Of a stretch of 64,000 nt of DNA, positions 9,126 through 17,979 are shown piece by piece. Made by a program: the position numbers and the translations under genes. Under the pieces are notes generated by a model. It had not been told where the DNA came from, did no database searches, and saw only the letters and a list, made by a program, of their open reading frames with translations. How positions within the stretch are numbered: position 1 is the stretch's first letter; every line of letters begins with the position of its first letter. Origin of the DNA: an uncultured Syntrophorhabdus sp. (GTDB taxonomy: Bacteria; Desulfobacterota; BSN033; UBA1163); NCBI GenBank assembly GCA_964477935.1, contig CAYZFX010000003.1, positions 48,577 through 112,576 on the forward strand, given 5' to 3'.

Positions 9126-9155
9126 ATTATAACGAAGCCGGAGGCAATAGAAAAC
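9126..9155 (-). promoter_or_regulatory. Putative sigma70-type promoter of the DUF2007..cheR operon (perfect -10 TATAAT, weak -35)
   Basis: The minus-strand sequence reads TTTTCT-N17-TATAAT about 30 nt upstream of the GTG start. The MITE copy at 9167 lies about 12 bp upstream of the -35 box. Confidence 0.35.
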
Positions 9156-9166
9156 TATCTGAAATC

Positions 9167-9388
9167 GTAATCATTCAGTCAAGGGAATAAAAGGGGTTGG
9201 GAGGTTTCGCTGGAAAAACCTCGAGGCGAAACCCTTATTCATTGAAAGACCGATGCTCGCCTCAAAAGAAGACCATTCAAAAGGCAGCAAGACGAACTGG
9301 GGTCACTTCAATGCTCGTCATTCAAGGTTTTGGAGGGGGAATCTTCCAACCCTTTTGAACCCATGTGACCCCGCCACTATGGAATTAC
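9167..9388 (+). mobile_element. MITE-like repeat, copy 1 (222 bp), flanked by 8 bp direct repeats CTGAAATC at 9159-9166 and 9389-9396
   Basis: It shares about 85-90% identity with copies at 15598, 59310 and 61314. It has a degenerate 5' TIR GTAATCATTCAG and a 3' TIR CTATGGAATTAC. There is no long ORF with coding support. Confidence 0.75.
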
Positions 9389-9400
9389 CTGAAATCCCCT

Positions 9401-9435
9401 TCAGAATGAAAATTCGGTTGAAAATTATCGAATTC
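9401..9435 (+). promoter_or_regulatory. Promoter of the XRE-cupin regulator, with an inverted repeat AATTCG-N12-CGAATT overlapping the -35 box (possible autoregulatory operator)
   Basis: TTGAAA at 9408-9413, a 16 nt spacer and TATAAT at 9430-9435, 44 nt before the ATG. The inverted repeat is at 9401-9406 and 9419-9424. Confidence 0.5.
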
Positions 9436-9478
9436 AGATTATAATGGGTTCATACCTCAAAAAGGACAGGGGGAGACT

Positions 9479-10033
9479 ATGGCGATGAAGAAGGTGGATG
9501 AAAAATCCTTCGGGGCAAAGATGAAACAGCTCAGGCAGTTGAGGAAACTCACTTTTGAGGCCCTGGCCAACAAAACAGGGCTGTCCAATCGTTACCTCAG
9601 GGAAATCGAAGAGGGTAAAATTATCCCCCCTGTCTCTGCGGTCATTCAGATTTCAAAAGCCTTATCCATCGACTCCGGCTCTTTCCTCTCGGCGGAGGAA
9701 CAAGAGGCACTCGTCAAAAAGAGGAAGGAGAGCTTTTATAAACGGACTCAGGCCTACTCCTATAAGACCCTCACCCCTGATGCGGAAACAAAACATATGA
9801 AGGCCTTCCTCGTCACGATCGATCCCAAACAGGACCATCGGATGGTGGAATACCGCCACGAGGGCGAGGAATTCATCTATGTGTTGAAGGGGGAGATAGA
9901 GGTCCGGGTGGGCGAGAATGAGAATCGCCTCAAAAAAGGGGGGACCCTCCATTTCGATTCAGGGATCCCTCACAAACTCCGCAATCTGGGCGATGAGGAG
10001 GCCAAACTCTTGGTGGTATTATACACCCCTTGA
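9479..10033 (+). CDS. XRE-family HTH transcriptional regulator with C-terminal cupin domain
   Basis: N-terminal HTH (LRKLTFEALANKTGLSNRYLREIE) and C-terminal cupin (EFIYVLKGEIEVRVGE...GGTLHFDSGIPH). Confidence 0.85.
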   Translation: MAMKKVDEKSFGAKMKQLRQLRKLTFEALANKTGLSNRYLREIEEGKIIPPVSAVIQISKALSIDSGSFLSAEEQEALVKKRKESFYKRTQAYSYKTLTPDAETKHMKAFLVTIDPKQDHRMVEYRHEGEEFIYVLKGEIEVRVGENENRLKKGGTLHFDSGIPHKLRNLGDEEAKLLVVLYTP

Positions 10034-10053
10034 TCCCGTTTCAGGGTTCAGAT

Positions 10054-11007
10054 TCACTCTCTCCAATTCCTGGGTACGCCCGCAAAGGAAGCCCTGCGCT
10101 CCAACTCGCTCAGCTGGTTCTCAAAGTAGAGGATGGCATTGTTGATCCGGGTTAACTCTGTGCGCGAACTCCTTTGTTCGTAGTAGATCTTGAGCTTCCT
10201 GAGATCCTCCAAGTTCTTGAGGTAGAACCTGAACTGACCCACCCAATACTCCTTCGAGAAACCTCCGGGTCGTTCCGGAGAGGGCGTCCCCTGCATCGAA
10301 TAGAGTATCATCTTCCCGTTGAGGGAATCGATCACCACTTTAAACTTGTTGAGAAAGGAGTTTCCCAAAAGCCCCTGGTAGGTGGGCATCGTATAGACCA
10401 GGGCATCCACATTTTCCACTTCTGCCTTCCCGACCCGAAGGGACGACAAGTTGACCAGGGGCGTCAGTAGGACGTCGCTCACGCTGGCAACCCGTAAAAA
10501 GGGTGTGGTTTCGTTGACCGGGATCCCAAGTTCGTTCGCCGTCTGCCTGCTGATGAGGGTAAAACTGGCTCCCGTATCGACCACAAAATGCTGTCTCAGC
10601 CGGCCATTCAGAACGACCTCTGCGAGCCAGAGCTCATGCCTTCTTAAGAGATGGACCTCAAAGCCCTGAGATTCAGGAGGCGCGGAAGGAGGAGGGAGGC
10701 TTAGAGATCCTTTCGGTTTCTCCTCTTTTCTGGAGGAAGGCGATTCCCCAGCCTCTTTGGGAGTTTTCTTCGTTTCAACCCCGGATCGGTATCTCTCCGG
10801 GACCTTCGAAAGATCATCGGCAAAATGGACTGTGCCTTTCTCATCCACCCACCGGTACATCTCGCCCTGGGCAGGGAGGGCCATCAGGATGAAGAGAAAA
10901 TGGAGGAGAAGAACATACGTCCCGCAGAATCGACCCGTTCCCACAAGACTCATTTTATCTATGGAGGGGAGGATTGTCAACGTGCGGCTCATTTCCCTTG
11001 ATCCCAT
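10054..11007 (-). CDS. Secreted DUF4124 protein with retropepsin-like (clan AA) aspartic protease domain
   Basis: Signal peptide, a DUF4124 motif (MYRWVDEKGTVHFAD) and an aspartic protease motif (HFVVDTGAS). The true start is probably the M at about 10953. Confidence 0.6.
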   Translation of the reverse strand: MGSREMSRTLTILPSIDKMSLVGTGRFCGTYVLLLHFLFILMALPAQGEMYRWVDEKGTVHFADDLSKVPERYRSGVETKKTPKEAGESPSSRKEEKPKGSLSLPPPSAPPESQGFEVHLLRRHELWLAEVVLNGRLRQHFVVDTGASFTLISRQTANELGIPVNETTPFLRVASVSDVLLTPLVNLSSLRVGKAEVENVDALVYTMPTYQGLLGNSFLNKFKVVIDSLNGKMILYSMQGTPSPERPGGFSKEYWVGQFRFYLKNLEDLRKLKIYYEQRSSRTELTRINNAILYFENQLSELERRASFAGVPRNWRE

Positions 11008-11053
11008 AGGGCCAATTGCCCAGGGGGATCGATTTGGGCTATAATTTTTTGCA

Positions 11054-11770
11054 ATGGCAGCCTATTCTCTCCAACCGGACTCGATCCGAAACCTCTTTAA
11101 CAATATTGCACCGACGTACGACCTTCTCAATCGCCTCCTTAGCCTCCGGAGAGACGTCTACTGGCGGAGGATGGCTGTCCGTGAGTTCGTGGGAGAAACA
11201 GGTTATTTCCTCGATATCGCTACGGGAACGGGAGATGTCGCCCTCGAGTTGATCCGTCAGGGAGATCACGGAAGAAAGGTGGTCGGGATCGACTTCTCTG
11301 AACCGATGATTCGGAGGGCCAGGGAGAAACTCACGAGGCGTGGCCTTCTTCATGCGATCGATCTCGGGCTCGGAGATGCCCTCTCCCTTCCTTTTCCGGA
11401 CCAAACTTTTGCAGGCCTGATCATCGCCTTTGGGTTAAGAAACATCCCAGAGAAGAGAAAGGCGCTTTCCGAGATGGTCCGGGTGGTCCGGTCTGGAGGA
11501 AAGGTCATCGTGCTCGAATTCACTTTGCCGGAAAGAGGATGGATGAAGAAGTTCTACCCGATCTATTTCAAAAAAATTCTCCCCCATATCGGAGGATGGA
11601 TCTCAGGCAATCCGGAGGCCTATGCCTACCTTCCGGACTCCGTTCTTCGCTTCCAGTCTGCCAGGGCCTATGAAGAGTTGATGGAAGATTCGGGATTGAG
11701 AGAGATCTCCACCCGATCCCTTACCGGAGGGATCGTCTCCATCATCTCCGGAATCAAAAAAGACCGATGA
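11054..11770 (+). CDS. ubiE: Demethylmenaquinone / ubiquinone methyltransferase UbiE/MenG
   Basis: 238 aa with a UbiE/COQ5-family N-terminus (NIAPTYDLLNRLLSL...YWRR) and a SAM-binding motif (LDIATGTGD). Confidence 0.85.
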   Translation: MAAYSLQPDSIRNLFNNIAPTYDLLNRLLSLRRDVYWRRMAVREFVGETGYFLDIATGTGDVALELIRQGDHGRKVVGIDFSEPMIRRAREKLTRRGLLHAIDLGLGDALSLPFPDQTFAGLIIAFGLRNIPEKRKALSEMVRVVRSGGKVIVLEFTLPERGWMKKFYPIYFKKILPHIGGWISGNPEAYAYLPDSVLRFQSARAYEELMEDSGLREISTRSLTGGIVSIISGIKKDR

Positions 11771-12240
11771 TCCGATCCTTCACCCTCCAAGATCTCAACG
11801 CCATTCTCGACATCGAGCGCCAATCCTTCCCGAAATCCCCTTACGACCGAATGACCTTCCTTGAACTTCACACCCTTTACCCCCAGCAATTCCTGGTCTA
11901 TACCGAGACAGGTCCTGACTCAAAGGAAAGAATCCTGGGATATATCGTATTCAACCCAGAAGGACATATCATCTCCCTGGCCGTACTTCCCGGGCGTAGA
12001 CGCGAGGGGATCGGAAAGAAACTCCTTCGAAAAGCCATGGAGGCCTCTCCTCCAAGAGGCCTTTCCGCCGAGGTGAGAAGGGGGAATCTCGGGGCCCAGG
12101 CCTTCTACTTCCATATGGGATTCCGAGTCATCGGTGTGATCCCAAATTATTATGGAGATGAAGACGCCCTGGTCATTCGATGGGGACCCTCAACCTCCGA
12201 TGAGAAGAGCAAAGGGCTGATTCAATGGGAGGGGAAATAG
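11767..12240 (+). CDS. rimI: GNAT N-acetyltransferase, RimI-like
   Basis: 157 aa with a GNAT acetyl-CoA-binding motif (RRREGIGKKLL). It overlaps ubiE by 4 nt. Confidence 0.7.
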   Translation: MIRSFTLQDLNAILDIERQSFPKSPYDRMTFLELHTLYPQQFLVYTETGPDSKERILGYIVFNPEGHIISLAVLPGRRREGIGKKLLRKAMEASPPRGLSAEVRRGNLGAQAFYFHMGFRVIGVIPNYYGDEDALVIRWGPSTSDEKSKGLIQWEGK

Positions 12241-12342
12241 CCTTATCCCATAGAGGTTGCTTAATAGGGTCAAAGCTGATATAAATGAGTCATCGGTAGG
12301 AAAAGCGACGCCATCGTTGCAATCCCCTGAAGGAGGTGGAGG

Positions 12343-12780
12343 ATGTACAAGAAGATCTTGGTCCCCCTCGATGGGTCGGAGCTGGCGAAAAAGGCCCTGG
12401 ATCAAGCCGAGAGGTTAGCGGTCCACTTCGGTTCGGAAATCATCCTCTTCGAGGTCGTTCCCTATCTGCCGATCTACGGCTCGCCTGAGCTGGTCACGCC
12501 CCTGGTGATCGACGAGAAGCAGAAGGAGGGGGCCGAACGGTATCTTCAAGAGCTGGCAGAAGAGGTGAGGAAGAAAGGTCTCCGGGTGTCGGCGATGGTG
12601 AAGACAGGGCATCAGGTCGCTGTGGAGATCATCGATTACGCGAAGGAGATCGGAGCAGACCTGATCGTCATGTGCACCCACGGCCGATCCGGAATAACCC
12701 GATGGGTCCTCGGAAGCATCGCCCTGAAGGTCTTGACCAGGGCCGAGACCCCAATCCTTTTAATTCGATCCAAAGAGTGA
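12343..12780 (+). CDS. Universal stress protein UspA family
   Basis: 145 aa with the Usp ATP-binding motif (MCTHGRSGITRWVLGS). GGAGG RBS before the ATG. Confidence 0.85.
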   Translation: MYKKILVPLDGSELAKKALDQAERLAVHFGSEIILFEVVPYLPIYGSPELVTPLVIDEKQKEGAERYLQELAEEVRKKGLRVSAMVKTGHQVAVEIIDYAKEIGADLIVMCTHGRSGITRWVLGSIALKVLTRAETPILLIRSKE

Positions 12781-12790
12781 TGGATCCGGT

Positions 12791-13411
12791 ATGCCCGTTG
12801 TTCTCGTCGGACTCTATATCGCCTGTGAATTGATCGCCAATGTGACCGCCTCCAAACCCGTTCAGATCGGGGGATTGGTCGTGCCTGCCGCCATCTTTAT
12901 CTACACCCTCACCTTCACCCTCATTGACCTGATTAACGAATCGATGGGAAAACTGGGTGCCCGAAGGGTCATCCTGGCCGCTTTCCTCGCCAATCTCATC
13001 CTCGCGGCCTACGCCCAATTTGCGGTTTTGCTCCCTCCCGCCTCTTTCTACTCCGGCCAGGAGGCCTTTGCCAGTGTCCTCGGAAGCACCCCAAGGATCG
13101 TCTTCGCAAGTCTCACGGCCTACCTCGTCAGTTCGCTCATCGACGCAGAGATCTTTGCCTTCTGGAGGGCTAAGATCCGGGGTCCCAAGTGGTTGAGGGT
13201 CTTGACCAGCAACGCCATCGCTACCTGGATCGATAGCGTTCTGTTCATCACCCTCGCTTTCTACGGTGTGATGCCCATCTGGCCGTTAATCCAAGGTCAG
13301 TATCTCGTGAAGATGGCCATCACGCTCGTGAGTCTTCCCCTGATCTACCTCGTGAGAGGTCAGGGGCGGCCCCGTTTAAAAGCGATGGACCTTTACCGGC
13401 GGTCCCTTTGA
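12791..13411 (+). CDS. yhhQ: Queuosine precursor transporter (YhhQ / DUF165 family)
   Basis: 206 aa polytopic membrane protein with the YhhQ-family pattern (ACELIANVTASKP..., TYLVSSLIDAEIFAFW). It lies 10 nt after the usp gene. Confidence 0.75.
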   Translation: MPVVLVGLYIACELIANVTASKPVQIGGLVVPAAIFIYTLTFTLIDLINESMGKLGARRVILAAFLANLILAAYAQFAVLLPPASFYSGQEAFASVLGSTPRIVFASLTAYLVSSLIDAEIFAFWRAKIRGPKWLRVLTSNAIATWIDSVLFITLAFYGVMPIWPLIQGQYLVKMAITLVSLPLIYLVRGQGRPRLKAMDLYRRSL

Positions 13412-13439
13412 ACACCCTCAGTGTCTTACCGAGGTAACC

Positions 13440-14504
13440 TTGGTGAAAAAAGAAAACGTCTTTCTCATCTTCATTCTTCTCCTCACCTCCCTCACGTTTT
13501 ATTACCTCTACCGGATCCTTTCTCCCTTCTTAACCTCCCTCCTCTGGGCAATCCTTCTGGCCGTCGTCTTCTATCCCGTCTACCTGAGGCTCCAGCCCCT
13601 GTTTAAGAAGCATCAGATCCTCCCGGCCCTGACCATGACGCTCTTCGTTGTCCTCCTGATCGTCCTGCCGGCGGCCTTCCTGACCATCGCCCTCGCCCAC
13701 GAGGTCATCGACTTTTACCATCACCTCGAAGAGATGATCAAAACCGGTCGGCTCCAATCCTATGTGATTCAAATGAGCCAACTTCCCTTGCTTAGGGAAG
13801 GGCTGGCGAAGTTGAAGCAACATGTGGATCTCTCTCACGCCGATCCCGTCAACTTCCTGCTGAAGAATCTTCAGCAGATCAGCGCCTTCCTCTTTAACCA
13901 GACCTCCAGCCTCCTGAAATCCATCTCCACCTTTGTCGTTGGCTTCTTCTTCACCCTCCTCTCCCTTTACTACCTTTTTAAAGACGGAGACCGACTCCTG
14001 AAAAGCGTCAAAGAGATCCTCCCCCTCCGGGGAAAGGAGAGTGAATTGATCATTCAACGATTCAAAGAGATGGTCTCCGCCACGATCTACGGAGGAATAC
14101 TGATTGCCATCCTTCAGGGAGTTCTGGGGGGATTGTCCTTCTGGGTCTTGGGGCTTGCTTCTCCGGTCTTCTGGGGAACGGCTATGACCTTCCTCTCCTT
14201 CATCCCGATGGTCGGGACAGCTCTCATCTGGGGGCCTGCGGCCATCTTACTCTTCATTCAGGGGGCTTTTTGGAAGGGGATCATTCTCCTGGCTCTGGGA
14301 GTTCTGCTGATCGGGATGGTCGATAACTTTCTTCGGCCTCTGTTCGTCAGCTCTCGAACGAACATTCATCCCCTCCTTCTCTTCTTCTCGGTTCTGGGCG
14401 GAATCCAGGCCTTCGGAATGATCGGCCTGGTCGCAGGTCCCCTGATCATGACCCTCTCGCTCACCCTCATCGAGATTTATATCAAGGGAATCAAAGAATT
14501 TTAG
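13440..14504 (+). CDS. AI-2E family transporter (PerM/UPF0118)
   Basis: 354 aa with 8 predicted TM segments and AI-2E family conserved segments. Confidence 0.8.
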   Translation: MVKKENVFLIFILLLTSLTFYYLYRILSPFLTSLLWAILLAVVFYPVYLRLQPLFKKHQILPALTMTLFVVLLIVLPAAFLTIALAHEVIDFYHHLEEMIKTGRLQSYVIQMSQLPLLREGLAKLKQHVDLSHADPVNFLLKNLQQISAFLFNQTSSLLKSISTFVVGFFFTLLSLYYLFKDGDRLLKSVKEILPLRGKESELIIQRFKEMVSATIYGGILIAILQGVLGGLSFWVLGLASPVFWGTAMTFLSFIPMVGTALIWGPAAILLFIQGAFWKGIILLALGVLLIGMVDNFLRPLFVSSRTNIHPLLLFFSVLGGIQAFGMIGLVAGPLIMTLSLTLIEIYIKGIKEF

Positions 14505-14554
14505 AATTCGGATGGCGGATATAAGTTCCCCAAGTTCAATAAGCAATCTGAAAA

Positions 14555-15520
14555 TTAAAGGCTGGGCGCTTCGACGATCTCGACCTTGAACTCTTTAGCC
14601 TGGGCAGGCAGGTCCTTAAAAACGACCATGAAGGGCAGGCGACTCCCCGGGGAAGCCATCAGGTCTTTCTCCGTTTTGGGTTGAAGGATCATATCGCCCG
14701 CAAAGAAGCCGGGGGGGAGATGCTTCAGCTCCCCACGACCGAGAACGGGACCGCAAAGGGTCTCCTTTTCCGCCACCTTTATCTTACTCTGATCGAAGAT
14801 AGTCACCCTGACCCTGATGAGCCTCTTCATCTTTGAGGATTGGTTGGCCACCTTCCCTTCAATAATATAGAGAGGAATGTCTCCCACCTTCTCCTCGTAT
14901 CCTGTGAGGTCCTTGAGGATCAATCCCTCCTTTTCCGTTCCCCAAAATCGTTCCCACCACCGGGTCGTCTGACCGATGGGGTCGCCCAGATAGGAGGAGA
15001 TTCTTCCTCCTGTGTCTATTTCTGTCCATACATAGAAGAGGCCAAGAAGGAGGAGGGTGATGACCACGAGGAGGGCAAGCAGGCGGGTGGGCCTCGGCCT
15101 ACTCCTTCTCACCCGCCACAAATCGGGACCCACCTTCTTTGGCGTTGCCTCCTGGGTGGGCTCCCTGACCTCCTCCGGCAATGGTTGGTCCCAAGGTTCG
15201 GCGGTTGTCGGAATTTTCTTGTCCGAGAAAAGCTCCTCCTCTTCCCGCCTTTCCTCTACGACCACCTCTCTCCCAGAAGTGGCCTCATCCCTCTCTGCCT
15301 GAGGGGGTTGCTCTGCCTCCCGTAGACCCGCCCCCATCAGTTCTTGATGATATCTGGCAAAAGACTCGAAGCCCTCCGCCACCTGCTCCACCGTTTCCGG
15401 AGGTCGAACGACATAAAAGACATGCTTGCATCTTGAACATCGAACCTTGGCTCCCTTCTCAGAAACCCGTGAATCATCGAGGTGATACTTCGTCAGGCAG
15501 GAGGCACAGGTCACGATCAT
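14555..15520 (-). CDS. MJ0042-type zinc-ribbon protein with TM segment and DUF3426 domain
   Basis: N-terminal CxxC...CxxC ribbon (MIVTCASCLTKYHL...CSRCKHVFYV), a Pro/Glu-rich linker, a TM helix and a C-terminal DUF3426-like region. Confidence 0.6.
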   Translation of the reverse strand: MIVTCASCLTKYHLDDSRVSEKGAKVRCSRCKHVFYVVRPPETVEQVAEGFESFARYHQELMGAGLREAEQPPQAERDEATSGREVVVEERREEEELFSDKKIPTTAEPWDQPLPEEVREPTQEATPKKVGPDLWRVRRSRPRPTRLLALLVVITLLLLGLFYVWTEIDTGGRISSYLGDPIGQTTRWWERFWGTEKEGLILKDLTGYEEKVGDIPLYIIEGKVANQSSKMKRLIRVRVTIFDQSKIKVAEKETLCGPVLGRGELKHLPPGFFAGDMILQPKTEKDLMASPGSRLPFMVVFKDLPAQAKEFKVEIVEAPSL

Positions 15521-15597
15521 GGGGATCCCCCTCCATTGCTATTTTTCCAAATTATGATGAAAGGGAGAGAAAAAAGCAAGGAAAAAAGCCCTGAGGA

Positions 15598-15820
15598 GTA
15601 ATCCCTCAGTCAAGGGAACAAAAAGGGTTGGGAGGTTCTTCCGGAAAAACCTTGAGGCGAAACCTTGATTCATTTAAACAGTGAGGCTTCCCTCAAAAGA
15701 ACACCATTCAAAAGGCAGGAAGACCCATTGGGGTCACTTCAATGCCCGCCATTCAAGGTTTTGGAGGGGGAATCTTCCAACCCCTTTGAACCCATGTGAC
15801 CCCGTAACTGAGGGGTTACG
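15598..15820 (+). mobile_element. MITE-like repeat, copy 2 (~222 bp), flanked by direct repeats CCTGAGGA at 15590-15597 and 15821-15828
   Basis: TIRs are GTAATCCCTCAG and CTGAGGGGTTAC. It lies between the zinc-ribbon gene and etfA, about 10 bp upstream of a putative -35 box for the zinc-ribbon gene. Confidence 0.75.
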
Positions 15821-15915
15821 CCTGAGGAGAAGATAGAGAACCCATTCCAATTACCCAATCCCCTTACCATATGGTCTGGGCATTGGAATAGGGTGTTCAG
15901 GTTTGATCGACAGGA

Positions 15916-17115
15916 TTATCGCCCCAGCCTCTTCCTGAACTCCTCCTTGAGCATGGGGACGACAGTGAAGAGATCGCCCACAATCCCATAGGTGGCAATT
16001 TTGAAGATGGGAGCCTCAGGGTCCTTATTGATGGCGACAATGATGTCCGAGGTCTTCATTCCGGCCTGGTGCTGGATGGATCCCGAAATCCCGCAGGCAA
16101 TATAGATCTTCGGCCTGACCGTCCGGCCAGTCTGCCCCACCTGATGCTCGTAGGAGATCCATCCCGCATCCACCGCAGCCCGAGAGGCTCCGACCGCCGC
16201 GCCCAGGACTTCCGCCAGTTCCCGGACCACCCTGAAGTTTTCTGCGCCTCCGATCCCTCTGCCTCCTGAAACGATGATCTCCGCATCCGCAAGGTTGACC
16301 GTTTCAGTGCCCCTGATAAATTCAAGAACCTTTGTCCGGATCTGATCCTCGGTCATGGGCAGGGGCTCCCGGATGACCTCCCCCATTCTCCCATCATCCC
16401 TCCCGGGCATGGGAAAAACTTTCGGCCTCACCGTGGCCATCTGGGGGCGGTAATTGGGGTAGTCGAGGATGGTGGCCATGATATTTCCACCAAATGCGGG
16501 CCTTGTCTGTTTCAAATACTTCGTCTCCGGATCGATCTCCAGGCCCGTGCAGTCTGCCGTCAAGCCGGTCTCGAGGGTCGTGGCCACGGTGCCTGCAAAG
16601 TCTCTGCCCTGGATCGTGGCGCCTATGAGGACGATTTCAGGCCTGTATTTCCGGATGAGGTTGACCGCAGCACTGGCGTAAGGGTCGGTCCGGTAGGGCT
16701 CAAGCAATGGACTTTCTGTGGCATAGACGATTTCGGCTCCATAGGCGATCGCCTCCTTGACGAACTCCTCCACGTCGTTGCCCAAAACGAATCCACATAA
16801 TTTGCATCCGAGGGCATCGGCAAGCTTCCTCCCTTCGCCGAGAAGCTCGAAGGAGACACTCGAGACCTTTCGGTCCTCATGCTCAATGAAGACCCAGACA
16901 TCCTTATAGTTGGCGGTGTCGATCGTTACCGCCTTTTCATCCTTCTCCAAGGTGATGGCGTTAACCGGACAGACCTCCACGCAGGCCCCGCAGAAGGTGC
17001 ATTTTTCGTCAACGACCGCCACCCCCTCCTTCATGCTGAGGGCCCCGAAGGGACAGGCAGGGATACAGGCTTCACATCCCGTGCAGGTATTTTTATCGAT
17101 CAACAGGTTGGCCAT
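15916..17115 (-). CDS. etfA: Electron transfer flavoprotein alpha subunit with N-terminal 2x[4Fe-4S] ferredoxin domain
   Basis: Two CxxCxxCxxxCP motifs in the first 55 aa are followed by EtfA FAD-binding domains. Confidence 0.85.
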   Translation of the reverse strand: MANLLIDKNTCTGCEACIPACPFGALSMKEGVAVVDEKCTFCGACVEVCPVNAITLEKDEKAVTIDTANYKDVWVFIEHEDRKVSSVSFELLGEGRKLADALGCKLCGFVLGNDVEEFVKEAIAYGAEIVYATESPLLEPYRTDPYASAAVNLIRKYRPEIVLIGATIQGRDFAGTVATTLETGLTADCTGLEIDPETKYLKQTRPAFGGNIMATILDYPNYRPQMATVRPKVFPMPGRDDGRMGEVIREPLPMTEDQIRTKVLEFIRGTETVNLADAEIIVSGGRGIGGAENFRVVRELAEVLGAAVGASRAAVDAGWISYEHQVGQTGRTVRPKIYIACGISGSIQHQAGMKTSDIIVAINKDPEAPIFKIATYGIVGDLFTVVPMLKEEFRKRLGR

Positions 17116-17166
17116 GCTCTCTCCTCCTCTATTCCTATGAATTGGTATTCCAGGGAGTCGCTTATC

Positions 17167-17979
17167 TTACTTGATGAATTTCGATTCCATCAATTTATCC
17201 ACCAGAAGGGGTACGACCTCGGTCAGCTCCCCTTTCAGGATCTCGCCTCCTCCTCTTGGCTCGGGGGTAAAGATTTTGGTCACCCAGGTGGGAGATCCCT
17301 TCAACCCGATGCGATTCTCGTCGGCATGGATATCTTTGGCAGTTAAAGTGGGGATCTGGGCCTTGGCCGCCTTTTTGATGCCGAGGAGCGAAGGGAGCCT
17401 CGGTTCGTTGATATCCTTGACCACGGTGATCAGGGCAGGTAGAGTAGCCTCGACCACCTCTTTTCCGTGCTCCAGAAGTCGCTCCACGATAATCTTCTTC
17501 TGTTCATTATTGATCTCCCTCACCTTACAGACATAGGTCAGCTGAGGAATCCCGAGCCGGGTGGCGATCCCTGGTCCAACCTGGGCCGTGTCTCCGTCAA
17601 TGGCCTGCTTGCCGCAGATCACAAGATCGGCTCCCCCGATATATTCGATCGTCTTGGAAAGGGCATAGGCGGTGGCTAAGGTATCCGACCCGGCTAAGGC
17701 CTTGTCTGAAAGGAGATAGACCTTGTCGCAACCGACCGCCAGGGCGTTCTTCAGGATCTCGACCGCCTGAGGAGGTCCCATGGTGATGACGTGGACCTCG
17801 CCGCCATACTTCTCTTTGGTCCGAAGCCCCTCTTCGATGGCGAACTCATCGAAGGGGTTGGTGATGCTGGCCACCCCCTCCCGGATCAGTGTATTGGTTT
17901 CGGGGTTGATCTTCACCTCTGCGGTCGTATCGGGAACCTGTTTGATGCAGACGACGATCTTCACTTCTCTCCTCCTCAT
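17167..17979 (-). CDS. etfB: Electron transfer flavoprotein beta subunit
   Basis: 270 aa with the EtfB N-terminus (MKIVVCIKQVPDT). It overlaps the crotonase stop by 4 nt. Confidence 0.85.
   Translation of the reverse strand: MRRREVKIVVCIKQVPDTTAEVKINPETNTLIREGVASITNPFDEFAIEEGLRTKEKYGGEVHVITMGPPQAVEILKNALAVGCDKVYLLSDKALAGSDTLATAYALSKTIEYIGGADLVICGKQAIDGDTAQVGPGIATRLGIPQLTYVCKVREINNEQKKIIVERLLEHGKEVVEATLPALITVVKDINEPRLPSLLGIKKAAKAQIPTLTAKDIHADENRIGLKGSPTWVTKIFTPEPRGGGEILKGELTEVVPLLVDKLMESKFIK

Noticed and set aside
9253-9444. 63 aa ORF (and the N-terminal part of ORF 61352.., sharing the peptide RFWRGNLPTLLNPCDP)
   Set aside because: Both lie inside copies of the MITE-like repeat. The shared peptide is a by-product of repeat nucleotide identity, the frame is not conserved in copy 2 or copy 3, and there is no RBS. 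It is not a protein-coding gene.
12241-12342. Possible preQ1 riboswitch upstream of the usp-yhhQ (queuosine precursor transporter) pair
   Set aside because: The leader does not contain the preQ1-I hairpin plus the A-rich tail consensus. yhhQ follows usp by only 10 nt with no leader of its own.
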